Shown piece by piece: positions 17,923 to 26,813 of a stretch of DNA of 64,000 nucleotides. Under the pieces are notes generated by a model. It ran no database searches. It was not told where the DNA came from and saw only the letters and a program-made list of their open reading frames with translations. The translations under genes and the position numbers were made by a program. The stretch is from a virus (lineage: Duplodnaviria; Caudoviricetes): positions 1 through 64,000 of the IMG/VR virus record IMGVR_UViG_2934069824_000002; one strand, given 5' to 3'. How positions within the stretch are numbered: the first letter of the stretch is position 1; every line of letters begins with the position of its first letter.

Positions 17923-19409
17923 GCCGCTGGCTCCTCTACCGGCCCGTCAGGGGCGTCCTCCTGTCCGGGCGGCGCCGGTGCGGGGGTGCGCCCGTCGACC
18001 ATCATGCGGGTGATCTCCGAGACCGGGTCGGCCTCCATCTCCCGGGCCCGCATCGCGAGCATGTCGGACACCTCGGTCGGGGTGAGCCCGTACTTCGAGG
18101 CCAGCCACTCCAGCGGGAAGCCGATGCCCTTCAGCTTCACCAGGGCGTCCGCGAGCTGCGCGTGGCTGCGCGACTCGGCGTCCGCCCACAGCACCCGGCC
18201 CGAGCGCAGCGCGTCGGCCTTGCGGTCGTCCCCTTGGGCCAGGGCGATGAGCCGGGCGGCCTCGCGGATGCCCTGCCCGTACCAGAGCTGTTTCTCCTCG
18301 ACGCGCTTCACCAGTCCGGTCTCCGCCGCGAGCAGCGCGTCGGCGGACAGGTTGGCCATCTTCCCGATCAGGTAGTGCTGCGGGGTGCGGGTCTGGGCGG
18401 CGAGGTGGCCGACCGCCACCTCGATCAGGCCCGTGTACATGGTCAGGTTCGCGGCCTGCCACTCGGCGATCTTCGCGTCCTTGCCGTTGAACATCATCAC
18501 GCGGTCGACGGCGAACTTCTCGATGTCGACCGGCTTGTCGCCGACGACGATGCCCTCGCTGTTCAGCACGGGCAGCTTCGGTGCGTCGGCGCCGAGGATG
18601 ACCCGCTGCGGGAACGACGCGTAGTCGGAGGCGGTGAACAGCTGCGCCCACAGGAGGTTGATGGCGTCCTGCATGGCGATCACACCGGCCACGTCCGACA
18701 TCGGCTCGCCCACCAGGGACGGCTTGTTCGGCAGCTCCACCATCGGCACCACGCCCATGGGGTTGATCTGAGGGTTCGGCTCCTCGTCCAGCTCCCGCGG
18801 CTTCCATCGCTTGAGCTCCTCGTCGACCTCGGTCATGGCCGGCGACTTGGCGTCCTCCCCGTACATCACCGGGCGGGAGAACTTCCACACCTGATCGGGC
18901 AGGTACAGGGTCGCGAAGTCCTCGCCGCCGTCCTGCCACCGCTTCAGCGCCGCCCGCCGGTGCCGCCTCGACCCGGGCTCGTAGGCGACGATGCACTGGG
19001 AGGCGTCCTCGAACGTGACGACCGGCATGTCCGGGTCATCCGGGTCGCCCCACACCAGCACGAAGCAGCGGGCCCCGGTCACCGCACCGAGGAACCCCAA
19101 CTGCGAGTCGGCGTCCAGGCCGTTGACCTGCCACACCTTCCACAGTTCCTTGTCCGCCTGTGTCTCCCCGGCGGCCTGGATCCCGTTCACGGTCAGCCGC
19201 TCCACCGGGGAGTCGGCCACCACCTGCACCCAGTTGTCGCAGAAGTCCTGGTAGCGGTCCCCGTGGAACTTGCTGAACGCGTCCGAGGCGTACTTCAGCC
19301 GGCCGCGCCCCCGGTAGTAGGCGTTGTGCCGGTCGATGTCCGTGCGCCGGTTGACGAGCTCCTGTTCCAGGACGGTCACCAGCTGGAGAGCACGCTCCAT
19401 CGTTGCCAT
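17919..19409 (-). CDS. Portal protein (SPP1 gp6-like)
   Basis: NWVQVVADSPVERL, NPMGVVPMVELPN, FPQRVILG, ANLSADAL. Confidence 0.93.
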   Translation of the reverse strand: MATMERALQLVTVLEQELVNRRTDIDRHNAYYRGRGRLKYASDAFSKFHGDRYQDFCDNWVQVVADSPVERLTVNGIQAAGETQADKELWKVWQVNGLDADSQLGFLGAVTGARCFVLVWGDPDDPDMPVVTFEDASQCIVAYEPGSRRHRRAALKRWQDGGEDFATLYLPDQVWKFSRPVMYGEDAKSPAMTEVDEELKRWKPRELDEEPNPQINPMGVVPMVELPNKPSLVGEPMSDVAGVIAMQDAINLLWAQLFTASDYASFPQRVILGADAPKLPVLNSEGIVVGDKPVDIEKFAVDRVMMFNGKDAKIAEWQAANLTMYTGLIEVAVGHLAAQTRTPQHYLIGKMANLSADALLAAETGLVKRVEEKQLWYGQGIREAARLIALAQGDDRKADALRSGRVLWADAESRSHAQLADALVKLKGIGFPLEWLASKYGLTPTEVSDMLAMRAREMEADPVSEITRMMVDGRTPAPAPPGQEDAPDGPVEEPAA

Positions 19410-19419
19410 CGCTCTCCTC

Positions 19420-21054
19420 TCACGCGCCGTAGTAGTAGGACTGCTGCCGCACCGCGAGACCCGCGGCGATGACGTCGCCCAGCGCCTCATGGGCCAGGAC
19501 GCTGGCCATGGTGGCGTCGATCTTCTGAGCCGAGCTGGCCTTCTTCAGGACGTACCGGTCGGCCGGCCGTGCGGCCGCGCGGGTGTTCGCGACGTGCGCC
19601 TCGGTGATCGGGCACCCGTCGTGCGTGAACGCGGCCCCGTCCGAGTTCCGTTTCAGGACGTCCGTGCGCAGCCGCTCCGTCGCCTTGTGGATCTGCACCG
19701 GCCGGGTGGTGTACCAGCGCACGACGCGCTCCTCCCCGTACAGGTCGACCCACTCGTCGACTTCGGTCTGCCAGTACGGCGGGTCCGCGTACAAGCGGAC
19801 CACGTCGTAGCGGCGGAACAGCTGCTCCACCGCCGCGCGCACCTCCGCGCGCGGGACCTGGCCGCCGTAGTCGGCCGGGTTCCAGATCGTCGGCTCGTCC
19901 TCGTCGCCCCACTGCGGGGTGAACTGGTAGCCGGTCATGGTCTCGGCGCGGATCGCGGTCCAGTCGTCCATGTCCGAGCCGTCGAACCCGAGGACGATGC
20001 GGGTGCGCGGGCGCACACGCTGCGGCTTCTCCTTCGCCGCCCACTTCGCGCCGTCCAGCCAGGAAGCAGACCCGGCCACGCACCGGTTGCCGAAGAAGCG
20101 TTCCGCCTGGGCGGGGTCCTTCTCCATGATCTCGGCGGCCTCGGCCTCGATCGCGTCCAGGTCGACGTGCGTCGACCCGGCGTACACCACCGTGTGGATC
20201 TTCCGGCGGTCCCGCTTGTTGCCGTAGGACAGCGTCTTCGGCGCCTGCGGGTGGTAGCGGAAGATGTCCTTCGCCTTCGCCTCGGACGTCGTCTGCGCGA
20301 CGCTGTTCTCCGAGGGGTCCCACCCGTTCGTCGTCTCCATCGACCGGCCACCCATACCGGCCGTGCCGCGGCGCTGCGTCTCGGCGACCCGGCGCAGCTT
20401 GTTCGCCGTGTTGTACAGGCCGGTCTCGTCCTGCATCGCAAAGATGATCGGGTTGCCCAGCCGGGACAGCGCCGACGAGGTGACGACGTCGATCCGGCCG
20501 TCGTCCCCGACCCGGGTGAACTCCTCACCGGACTGCATCAGCTCGGACAGCGGACCGCGCCGCACCATCGACCGCAGCGGCCGGTAGACGTTCGCCACCT
20601 GGTCCTCCGACGTCGCCGTCAGCTGAATCAGCGGCGTCGGCCACGGTGTACCCATCGGTTCGCCGGGCTCGTAGTCGTACCACCACCCGCAGCCGCACCC
20701 GTGATCCGAACACCGGTAGCGCTCGCCGCCCTTGGCCCAGCCGTCGAAGACGACGGGGCCGGCGGCCTCGGCGAGGACGATCGTCGCGGACCACGGCCCC
20801 TTGCCCGTCTTCTGCGGGGCGACGACCTGGCTGCGCCGGTAGTGGAACGCGGGCGCGAACTGCCCGACGACGGCTGCGGGCTTCACCCGGTAGTGGTTGA
20901 CCGTGCACCACAGCTGCCACGGATACAGCTCCATGTCCTCACCCGCGCGGAACCCGTCCGGGACCGGGCAATGGCGCTCGATCCAGTCCGGGACGATCCA
21001 CAGGGTGGGGAAGTCGACGACGAACTCGGCGGCCGCGTCAGCTGCCTTCGCCAC
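19420..21054 (-). CDS. Terminase large subunit
   Basis: PQKTGKGP Walker A, QDETGL Walker B, LGFDGSDMDDWT nuclease motif, KIDA. Confidence 0.93.
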   Translation of the reverse strand: MAKAADAAAEFVVDFPTLWIVPDWIERHCPVPDGFRAGEDMELYPWQLWCTVNHYRVKPAAVVGQFAPAFHYRRSQVVAPQKTGKGPWSATIVLAEAAGPVVFDGWAKGGERYRCSDHGCGCGWWYDYEPGEPMGTPWPTPLIQLTATSEDQVANVYRPLRSMVRRGPLSELMQSGEEFTRVGDDGRIDVVTSSALSRLGNPIIFAMQDETGLYNTANKLRRVAETQRRGTAGMGGRSMETTNGWDPSENSVAQTTSEAKAKDIFRYHPQAPKTLSYGNKRDRRKIHTVVYAGSTHVDLDAIEAEAAEIMEKDPAQAERFFGNRCVAGSASWLDGAKWAAKEKPQRVRPRTRIVLGFDGSDMDDWTAIRAETMTGYQFTPQWGDEDEPTIWNPADYGGQVPRAEVRAAVEQLFRRYDVVRLYADPPYWQTEVDEWVDLYGEERVVRWYTTRPVQIHKATERLRTDVLKRNSDGAAFTHDGCPITEAHVANTRAAARPADRYVLKKASSAQKIDATMASVLAHEALGDVIAAGLAVRQQSYYYGA

Positions 21055-21517
21055 TGGGCACGACCTTCAGCCGGTCCCGGGCAGACGGGCGCCGCACGGG
21101 CGCCGCGAGCACCGGGCCGTCGGCGGCCGGCTCGTCCGTGGCCGGGGCGATCTTCCACCGGTTGCGGTTCATGCCCGCCACGCTCAGCCCCAGGCTGTCG
21201 AGGTAGCCGCGCACCATCTTCTTGATGTCGACCCGGGCATCGGGGCGCTCGACCTCGGCCAGCGTGCGGACGAAGAGCGCCACCTCCAGCTCCTGCCCCA
21301 TGTCCTCCCACGCCAGAGCCTGCGGTTTCACCCACAGGCCTTCCCACAGCTCCAGTTCCCGGCCGGTCGGCTCCGTCAGCGGCCACTCGGGCGGGTCGCC
21401 CGGCCTGCCCTCGGCGGGCAGCGTCCGCCATCCACCCTTCTCGATCGACGCGGCGCTCTTCAGCGACCGCGGGTCCGGCGGTGGCCCGGACACGGTGCGC
21501 GCTCCACCACGGGGCAT
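21038..21517 (-). CDS. Terminase small subunit
   Basis: MPRGGARTVSGPPPDP...LWVKPQALAWE...LGLSVAGMNRNRW; overlaps terL. Confidence 0.85.
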   Translation of the reverse strand: MPRGGARTVSGPPPDPRSLKSAASIEKGGWRTLPAEGRPGDPPEWPLTEPTGRELELWEGLWVKPQALAWEDMGQELEVALFVRTLAEVERPDARVDIKKMVRGYLDSLGLSVAGMNRNRWKIAPATDEPAADGPVLAAPVRRPSARDRLKVVPSGEGS

Positions 21518-21559
21518 GACGATCACTCCTTCAACGCTGCGTTGCGCAGCACCGAGAGC

Positions 21560-21662
21560 CGTCACCTTGCGTGACAGCGGGGACCCTATGAACCCGGCGG
21601 ACCTCCGAGCGCCCTCCCCCGCGTTGCTCGCCCCCAGGTCAGCCGGGGGTACCCCCCTGGGT
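21560..21662. other. Probable cos/packaging region
   Basis: Between HNH and terS; blocks GGACCCTWTGAACC, GCCCTCCCCSGCGTT and ACCCCCCTGG are shared with prophage 2 at 60467-60566. Confidence 0.55.
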
Positions 21663-21697
21663 GGACGTCGCAGAGTGTGACAGTCGGGTCGGATGGT

Positions 21698-22054
21698 TCA
21701 GCGGCCGAACGTTTCGAGGGCGGTCTTGCGGCTGTGATGGCGTCTGCTCATCGCCTGCCAGTTGGTGGGGTCGAAGCCGCGGGGTCCGAGGGGGCCGAGG
21801 CCGTCGATGTGGTCGACCTGGGTGGCGAGGTCACGTTGCAGGGGCAGCAGGGGCGCGCACTCGTCGCACTCGCAGTACGGATGGTCTTCGAGGTAGCGCG
21901 CGCTGGCGGTGCGCCATCGCCTGTCGTAGCCGCGGGTGTGGGGGGTGGGGCGGGCTGCTCTGGCCTTGGCCTGGCATGGGGGGCAGGGGCCGGAGGTGGT
22001 GAGGGTGGGACAGCCTGGTGTCGGGCAGACCTGCTTGGCCCTCATACGAGGCAT
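21698..22054 (-). CDS. HNH endonuclease (packaging-associated)
   Basis: CPTPGC, RGYDRRW, ATQVDHIDG...NWQAMSRRHHSRKT. Confidence 0.9.
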   Translation of the reverse strand: MPRMRAKQVCPTPGCPTLTTSGPCPPCQAKARAARPTPHTRGYDRRWRTASARYLEDHPYCECDECAPLLPLQRDLATQVDHIDGLGPLGPRGFDPTNWQAMSRRHHSRKTALETFGR

Positions 22055-22119
22055 CAGCGCCTCCTGGCGTGCCGAGGCCCGGCGGCGCGTGTGCGCGGCC
22101 GGGCCTGGGTGGTGTGTGG

Positions 22120-22527
22120 CTACCCCTTGGGGTCGGGGCAGTTCATGAGGATGGCGGGCCAGGTGTCGCCCTTGATGCGGCCGCCGGTGTAGATGTCGGA
22201 GGCCTGCTGGTCCTTGGCCCATTCGCCCATGCAGACGTACACCTTGTCGGCGTCGCTGCGGACGACGGTGATGCCGTAGTTGAGGAACTGGTCGCCGATG
22301 CTCTCGGCGTAGTCCTGGATGGCGGCCTTGGCCGTGTCGACGGTGGCGTCGGGGACGACGAGGTCGACGCTGCCGGTCTTCTTCTTCTCGTCCTTGTTGG
22401 CGACGGTGTAGGCGGGCGGCTTGGGTGTGTCCACGTTCTTGGCCTTCTGGTCGTCTTCGCCGCAAGCGGTGAGTGTCAGGAGCAGGCCGGCCGTGATGAG
22501 TGCGGCGGTGGTGGTTCGGGTGCGCAT
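22120..22527 (-). CDS. Lipoprotein (moron)
   Basis: MRTRTTTAALITAGLLLTLTAC lipobox; GGGGGA RBS. Confidence 0.8.
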   Translation of the reverse strand: MRTRTTTAALITAGLLLTLTACGEDDQKAKNVDTPKPPAYTVANKDEKKKTGSVDLVVPDATVDTAKAAIQDYAESIGDQFLNYGITVVRSDADKVYVCMGEWAKDQQASDIYTGGRIKGDTWPAILMNCPDPKG

Positions 22528-22687
22528 GGTCCCCCCAGGGATGTGCGTGATGAGGGGGACATCATCGGGCACCGTGGGGCGTGCTGTCCTGGGTACGACG
22601 AAGCCCCCGGCCGTTGTGGCGGGGGCCTGCTGTGCGCTTCGGGGCATGCGTGTTGTGCCCAAATCGTGGCGCATGGAAGGCCGCAGG

Positions 22688-22909
22688 TCAAGCGGCCTTG
22701 ACGGCGCGCTGCCCTTCGCGCGTGGGCTTGGCGGCGTATCGGGCTGCTTCGACGTCGGCGACGCGGTAGAGGGGGCGCTTGGGGGTGCCGCTGCAGCGGG
22801 TGAGGAGGCCGCGGCGTACCCAGTCGCGGATGGTGGCGGGGGCGACGCCGGCGGACATGGCGGCGAGGCGGGTGGTGAGGGTGCCGATGGGCGGCAGTTG
22901 GTACTCCAT
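22688..22909 (-). CDS. MerR-like HTH protein (possible late-gene regulator)
   Basis: AGVAPATIRDWVRRGLL...LYRVADV; homologue at 61745. Confidence 0.8.
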   Translation of the reverse strand: MEYQLPPIGTLTTRLAAMSAGVAPATIRDWVRRGLLTRCSGTPKRPLYRVADVEAARYAAKPTREGQRAVKAA

Positions 22910-22986
22910 GGGCCCATTGTGGCGTGCGTGGGCCCCGGTCGTCGTGGTGACGGCCGGGGTCCGGTGTGCAGGTCGTGGCGCGCGGG

Positions 22987-23229
22987 CTACAGGTCGAATC
23001 GCTCGGCTTCGTCGGGGGCGGTCTCCAGGCGGGTGAGGTTCTGCTGCCCGTCGTGGGGCCAGATCCAGCAGGTGCGCGGGCCGGTGTAGTAGGAGTGCCC
23101 GGCCCGGTTTTCCTGGACGAGGTGGGCGGCCAGGGCGGCGGTGTCGGGGTCCGGTCCGGCGGTGATGACACCGGAGCTCATGCGGCGGCCGTTGTCGGCG
23201 CTCTGGAGCAGGTAGGCGAAGCGCGGCAT
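22987..23229 (-). CDS. Hypothetical protein (80 aa)
   Basis: GAGGA RBS; fits operon spacing. Confidence 0.6.
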   Translation of the reverse strand: MPRFAYLLQSADNGRRMSSGVITAGPDPDTAALAAHLVQENRAGHSYYTGPRTCWIWPHDGQQNLTRLETAPDEAERFDL

Positions 23230-23242
23230 GGCGGCGGTCCTC

Positions 23243-23341
23243 TCAGTGGCTGTGGGCGGGGTAGTTGCCGCCGCAGCGGGCGCAGTACGGGAGGGGCTGC
23301 TGGGTGAAGTGGGCGGCGGCGAGGAGGGCGAGGAGTGCCAT
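23243..23341 (-). CDS. 32-aa CxxC/His peptide MALLALLAAAHFTQQPLPYCARCGGNYPAHSH
   Basis: AGGA RBS; near-identical ORF at 63136..63234 with synonymous changes. Confidence 0.65.
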   Translation of the reverse strand: MALLALLAAAHFTQQPLPYCARCGGNYPAHSH

Positions 23342-23419
23342 GATCGTGGTCCTGTCTCGTGAGGGATGGGGCCATGGGGCGGCCGGTCGCCTGGCAGTGA
23401 GTCGGCCGCCCCGCGGGTG

Positions 23420-23710
23420 CTAGGTGGTGGGCAGTGCGCGGCAGGTCTCGGCGTGGGCCTGCGCCCACTCGCGGGCGGCAGGGAGGGCGGATTCGCCGGT
23501 GGCGTCGAAGTTGGGCTGCGGGCCGGTGCCGAACTCGTCGTGGTGGGCGTCGAAGCCCCATCCCTCGGTGTGTTCCTCGCCGCAGCCGTTGCACCGGACG
23601 CCGTGCTCGGTCGGGTGCTCCACCCAGTAGACGCCGGACTGTTCGGCGATGGTGACGATGGCTCCTCCGAGGGTCTTGTACTGGGCGACGGTCTTCGTCT
23701 CGGTGCTCAC
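23420..23710 (-). CDS. Hypothetical Zn-binding-like protein
   Basis: AGGAG RBS; RCNGCG...WAQAHAETCRALP. Confidence 0.65.
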   Translation of the reverse strand: MSTETKTVAQYKTLGGAIVTIAEQSGVYWVEHPTEHGVRCNGCGEEHTEGWGFDAHHDEFGTGPQPNFDATGESALPAAREWAQAHAETCRALPTT

Positions 23711-23750
23711 GTGGGTCTCCTGAGTGATGTGGATGCCGGGCTGTCCGGCT

Positions 23751-23914
23751 CCCCTCACCGCCCCTCTCACGCGGGCGGATCGGGCAGCCGTCAGGCGGCA
23801 GAAGCGGGCTCTTCGGTGCGAGAGGGGGCACTCTCCGGCCGCTCTTCAGGGGCAGAGCAGGGGGTCTCACCTGCGTCTTCACCCTTGGAGAGGGGGTGGT
23901 CTTCCCGAGAGGGG
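23751..23914. repeat. GAGAGGGG 8-mer cluster (clt-like)
   Basis: GAGAGGGG at 23820, 23888 and 23907; inverted CCCCTCTC at 23761; variant CCCCTCAC at 23751. Confidence 0.5.
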
Positions 23915-24573
23915 AGGGGGGTGGCCAGGTCGGCGAGGCGGATGCCCGAACGACCTCTGACGTCGCCGATGGTGAGGCTCCGGGTGATGGGGATGTCGAG
24001 GGCGGTGAGGGCCTCTCGAAGGGCGGCCTCTTCGTGCCTTTCCATGCCGGGCAGGGCGAGCATCTTGGGGTACAGCTCGTAGAGGTGGATTCCGGTCCGG
24101 TCGCCGATGGTCTCGGTGAGCCACTGGACGATGGCGTCGCGGGGGCTGGCCGGGGCTGCGCTGGGGGTTCCCTGCTCTGCCTTGGCGGGTTCCTCGTCGG
24201 GGGTGCCGACCATGTACGCGGCGACGACCCAGCCGAGGGCGGCCGTAGCGGTCGCGTAGGTGGTGTAGTCGGACACTGCGGTGACGTAAGCGCACCCGAG
24301 GAGGAGCCCGACCCGCTTGAGCGGCGCCCGCTTGTCGAGAACGGGTTCCGGCTCCTCGGCGGGTGCTGGCTTCTTCTGCTCGCCCTTGCCGTCGGCGGCC
24401 TGGTCGCCCTTCTTCTGCTGGCCCTTGGCGGGCTGCTGCTTCTCGGCGGGCGGTTCGGGCTGCTCGGGGGTGCGGTACTTCGGGGAGGAGATCCAGGTGG
24501 TGATGCGGTCGTAGAGGATGACGGAGCCGTCGCCGAGGGGCTGGATGAGCGGCTTGAGGGGCTTGAGGTTCAT
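23791..24573 (-). CDS. Membrane-anchored protein with C-terminal winged-helix-like domain resembling the TraB C-terminus; no ATPase domain
   Basis: Two hydrophobic segments, then IGDRTGIHLYEL...LREALTALDIPI...RSGIRLADL; no Walker A; homologue at 63605. Confidence 0.6.
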   Translation of the reverse strand: MNLKPLKPLIQPLGDGSVILYDRITTWISSPKYRTPEQPEPPAEKQQPAKGQQKKGDQAADGKGEQKKPAPAEEPEPVLDKRAPLKRVGLLLGCAYVTAVSDYTTYATATAALGWVVAAYMVGTPDEEPAKAEQGTPSAAPASPRDAIVQWLTETIGDRTGIHLYELYPKMLALPGMERHEEAALREALTALDIPITRSLTIGDVRGRSGIRLADLATPLPSREDHPLSKGEDAGETPCSAPEERPESAPSRTEEPASAA

Positions 24574-24893
24574 CGGCCGGTCCCGATCGTGGTGACGCTG
24601 TCGCCGACCTGGTCGCCGATGTCCTGGACGCTGCCGAAGATGTCGGCGATGATCCCGCCGGCGCTTCCGGCGAGGAGGATGCACGCGATGGCGGTGATGA
24701 TGATCGCCTTGCGCTCGGCGTCCTTGTAGACCCCAGACTTCCACTTGACGACGATGACCGTGCACATGATGAGGCCGATGAGGAGTGCGCCGAGGGCGCC
24801 GCCGTTGACGTCTAGGGCTGGCACCTGTTCGGGTGCGGCGGCCATGGTGTGGCGGGCGGCGGTGTCGATCGCGGCGGTGAGGCTGGTGCGCAT
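24570..24893 (-). CDS. Small membrane protein (Spd-like)
   Basis: Two TM segments; ATGA coupling. Confidence 0.7.
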   Translation of the reverse strand: MRTSLTAAIDTAARHTMAAAPEQVPALDVNGGALGALLIGLIMCTVIVVKWKSGVYKDAERKAIIITAIACILLAGSAGGIIADIFGSVQDIGDQVGDSVTTIGTGR

Positions 24894-24905
24894 CAGGGGT
24901 GCCTT

Positions 24906-25049
24906 TCAGAGGCCGAGAAGCTTGGCGATGGTGGTGGCGGACGCGGCGTAGATCGCCCAGATGGCGAGCCGGTCACTGCGGAGAAGCGCGGCGGGGACGC
25001 GGACGACGATGTACGCGATGAGGCCCCAGCCGAGGGCGTAGGCGATCAC
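24906..25049 (-). CDS. 47-aa hydrophobic peptide
   Basis: VIAYALGWGLIAYIVVRVPAALL...; GTGA coupling. Confidence 0.55.
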   Translation of the reverse strand: MIAYALGWGLIAYIVVRVPAALLRSDRLAIWAIYAASATTIAKLLGL

Positions 25050-25876
25050 GACCGGTTGCTGTCGACGACGTGGCGGCGGAGCTCGGTGGCGTCGCGGCGG
25101 GACAGCCCGTACTCGTCGCGGAGGCGTTCGATGGTCACGGGGCGGCCGGTGTCCCTGACCAGTTCCCGGTTGAGCGCGCGGGCTTGTTTCCGCAGTTCGG
25201 ATGGGGTGATGGCGACCGGGACGGTGACCACCTGCCGGACGTCCTGGGCGGGCACGGCAGCGGTCATCTTCCGGACGGCAACGGTGGCACCGGGGAGCGT
25301 GGCGGTGGGCCAGGTGATCGGGCGGAAGGCCTCGACGGTGACTGGCCGGGTGACCACCTGCTCCGGCCCCGGGGTGAGGCGTTCGAGGGTGGCCGTCGGC
25401 GGCTCGGCCGGTACGGCGGGCTCGTCGGGGGTGGTCACCTTGGTGGAGACGATCGGCAGCGGGCGTACCCCTGCGGGCACCACCTCGGGCACCGGCAGGG
25501 TGAACGCGACGGAGGGCGGCGAAGTGGTCACCGTGACCAGCTCGGCCGGCTCGGCCGCCGGTTCGCTGAGCCGGTGGACCCGCCACAGGACGAGCGGGGC
25601 GATGGCGGACACGGCGACGACGAGCGGCCAGTCAACGGGCAGCAGCCCGGCGGACGCGAGGTGGCTGGCGGCGTTCACCGCGACCAGGGCCACGACGACG
25701 ATGAGGACGTCGCGCTTGGCCCGCAGGGCGCGGATGGCGTAGATGTCGAGGGCGGCCGGGACGCCGGCGGCGACGTACTTCCCGAACCCGCAGGCGCGGG
25801 CCAGGTCGTACTCGGCGGACGCGAGGACCACCAGGACGGCGGCGAGGGCGCCCCAGACGAGCGGGTCCTTCTTCAC
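25046..25876 (-). CDS. SpdA/DUF2637-like membrane protein with C-terminal HTH
   Basis: ASAEYDLARACGF...VPAALDIYA...VNAASHL...SAIAPLVLWRVH; Pro/Thr linker; VTIERLRDEYGLSRRDATELR HTH. Confidence 0.7.
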   Translation of the reverse strand: MKKDPLVWGALAAVLVVLASAEYDLARACGFGKYVAAGVPAALDIYAIRALRAKRDVLIVVVALVAVNAASHLASAGLLPVDWPLVVAVSAIAPLVLWRVHRLSEPAAEPAELVTVTTSPPSVAFTLPVPEVVPAGVRPLPIVSTKVTTPDEPAVPAEPPTATLERLTPGPEQVVTRPVTVEAFRPITWPTATLPGATVAVRKMTAAVPAQDVRQVVTVPVAITPSELRKQARALNRELVRDTGRPVTIERLRDEYGLSRRDATELRRHVVDSNRS

Positions 25877-26235
25877 TGGCCCTCACCGGCCTGGAGGATC
25901 TGCACCCATCCGGCGAGGCGCCGCAGCTGCCCGACGGCGGTCTCGTAGTCGTCGGCCAGCTCGCGGACGGCGTCGGGGGTGAGGGTGATGGCGAGGTCGG
26001 CCTGCTCGACGAACAGGCCGATGTCGCGGGGGCCGTTGCCGTGCGGGTACTGGGAGACGAGGGCGGTACCGACGGGGTCGCTGGGGCGGCCGAGCGGGTG
26101 CTCGATGCTGCGGTGCCCGAGGTCGACGAGCGCGTCGACCGGCTGCCCGGCATGGCCGACGCACCAGGACGGCTCGGGCACGGTGACGGTGCCCTGGTCG
26201 GTGGTGGGCACCGTGACGGTGCGCTGGGTGCTCAT
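25873..26235 (-). CDS. DUF6907-like protein
   Basis: PEPSWCVGH...DLGHRS...LTPDAVRELADD. Confidence 0.7.
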   Translation of the reverse strand: MSTQRTVTVPTTDQGTVTVPEPSWCVGHAGQPVDALVDLGHRSIEHPLGRPSDPVGTALVSQYPHGNGPRDIGLFVEQADLAITLTPDAVRELADDYETAVGQLRRLAGWVQILQAGEGQ

Positions 26236-26507
26236 CCGGCGGTCACCCCGCGGGCGATGAGGCGGAGGAGCGCGGCGTACTCGGCCCGGGTCTGCCCGGC
26301 GCGCACCCGGGGGGCGGCGGCGAGGAGGTCCTGCTCGGCGGCGAACGCGGCTTCGGTGGGGCCGTGCAGCTGCTCGGCGAAGACGAGCGCCCGGGCGAGG
26401 CGGATCTCCTCGCGCATCTCGGCGTCGGGCCGCTGCCGGTCGAGGGTGTCGGCGAACTGGCCGAGGAGGAGCACGGTGTCGTCGCTGAGGACGAGGGGCG
26501 TGGTCAT
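26232..26507 (-). CDS. Hypothetical protein (91 aa)
   Basis: ATGA overlaps on both sides; GQTRAEYAALLR. Confidence 0.65.
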   Translation of the reverse strand: MTTPLVLSDDTVLLLGQFADTLDRQRPDAEMREEIRLARALVFAEQLHGPTEAAFAAEQDLLAAAPRVRAGQTRAEYAALLRLIARGVTAG

Positions 26508-26680
26508 CGGGCACCGCCGGTGGGGCGGATGCTGCCGGTGACGCCGGCCTCGGTGGCGCGCACCGTGGTGGTGCGTCCGCCGTGGCGGCTGATGGTGCCG
26601 ACGGCGATGAGGCGCCGGTCGGGCGGGGGGCCACCGACTCCGCTGCCGCATGGCAATGCAATACGATTCGAGGTGTCCAT
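26504..26680 (-). CDS. 58-aa hypothetical protein
   Basis: MDTSNRIALPCGSG...; stop overlaps the next start. Confidence 0.45.
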   Translation of the reverse strand: MDTSNRIALPCGSGVGGPPPDRRLIAVGTISRHGGRTTTVRATEAGVTGSIRPTGGAR

Positions 26681-26813
26681 GACGAGGGCTCTTCTCGTTC
26701 GTGGGAAGTGCCGGGGCGCTGATACGCCTCGGTGCGTCAGGGAGTCGGTCGACGCGCGCGCCCCTCCGGTGTTCGAGCACCGGAGGGAGCTGTTGGCCGG
26801 CTCCCGCTCTGCG

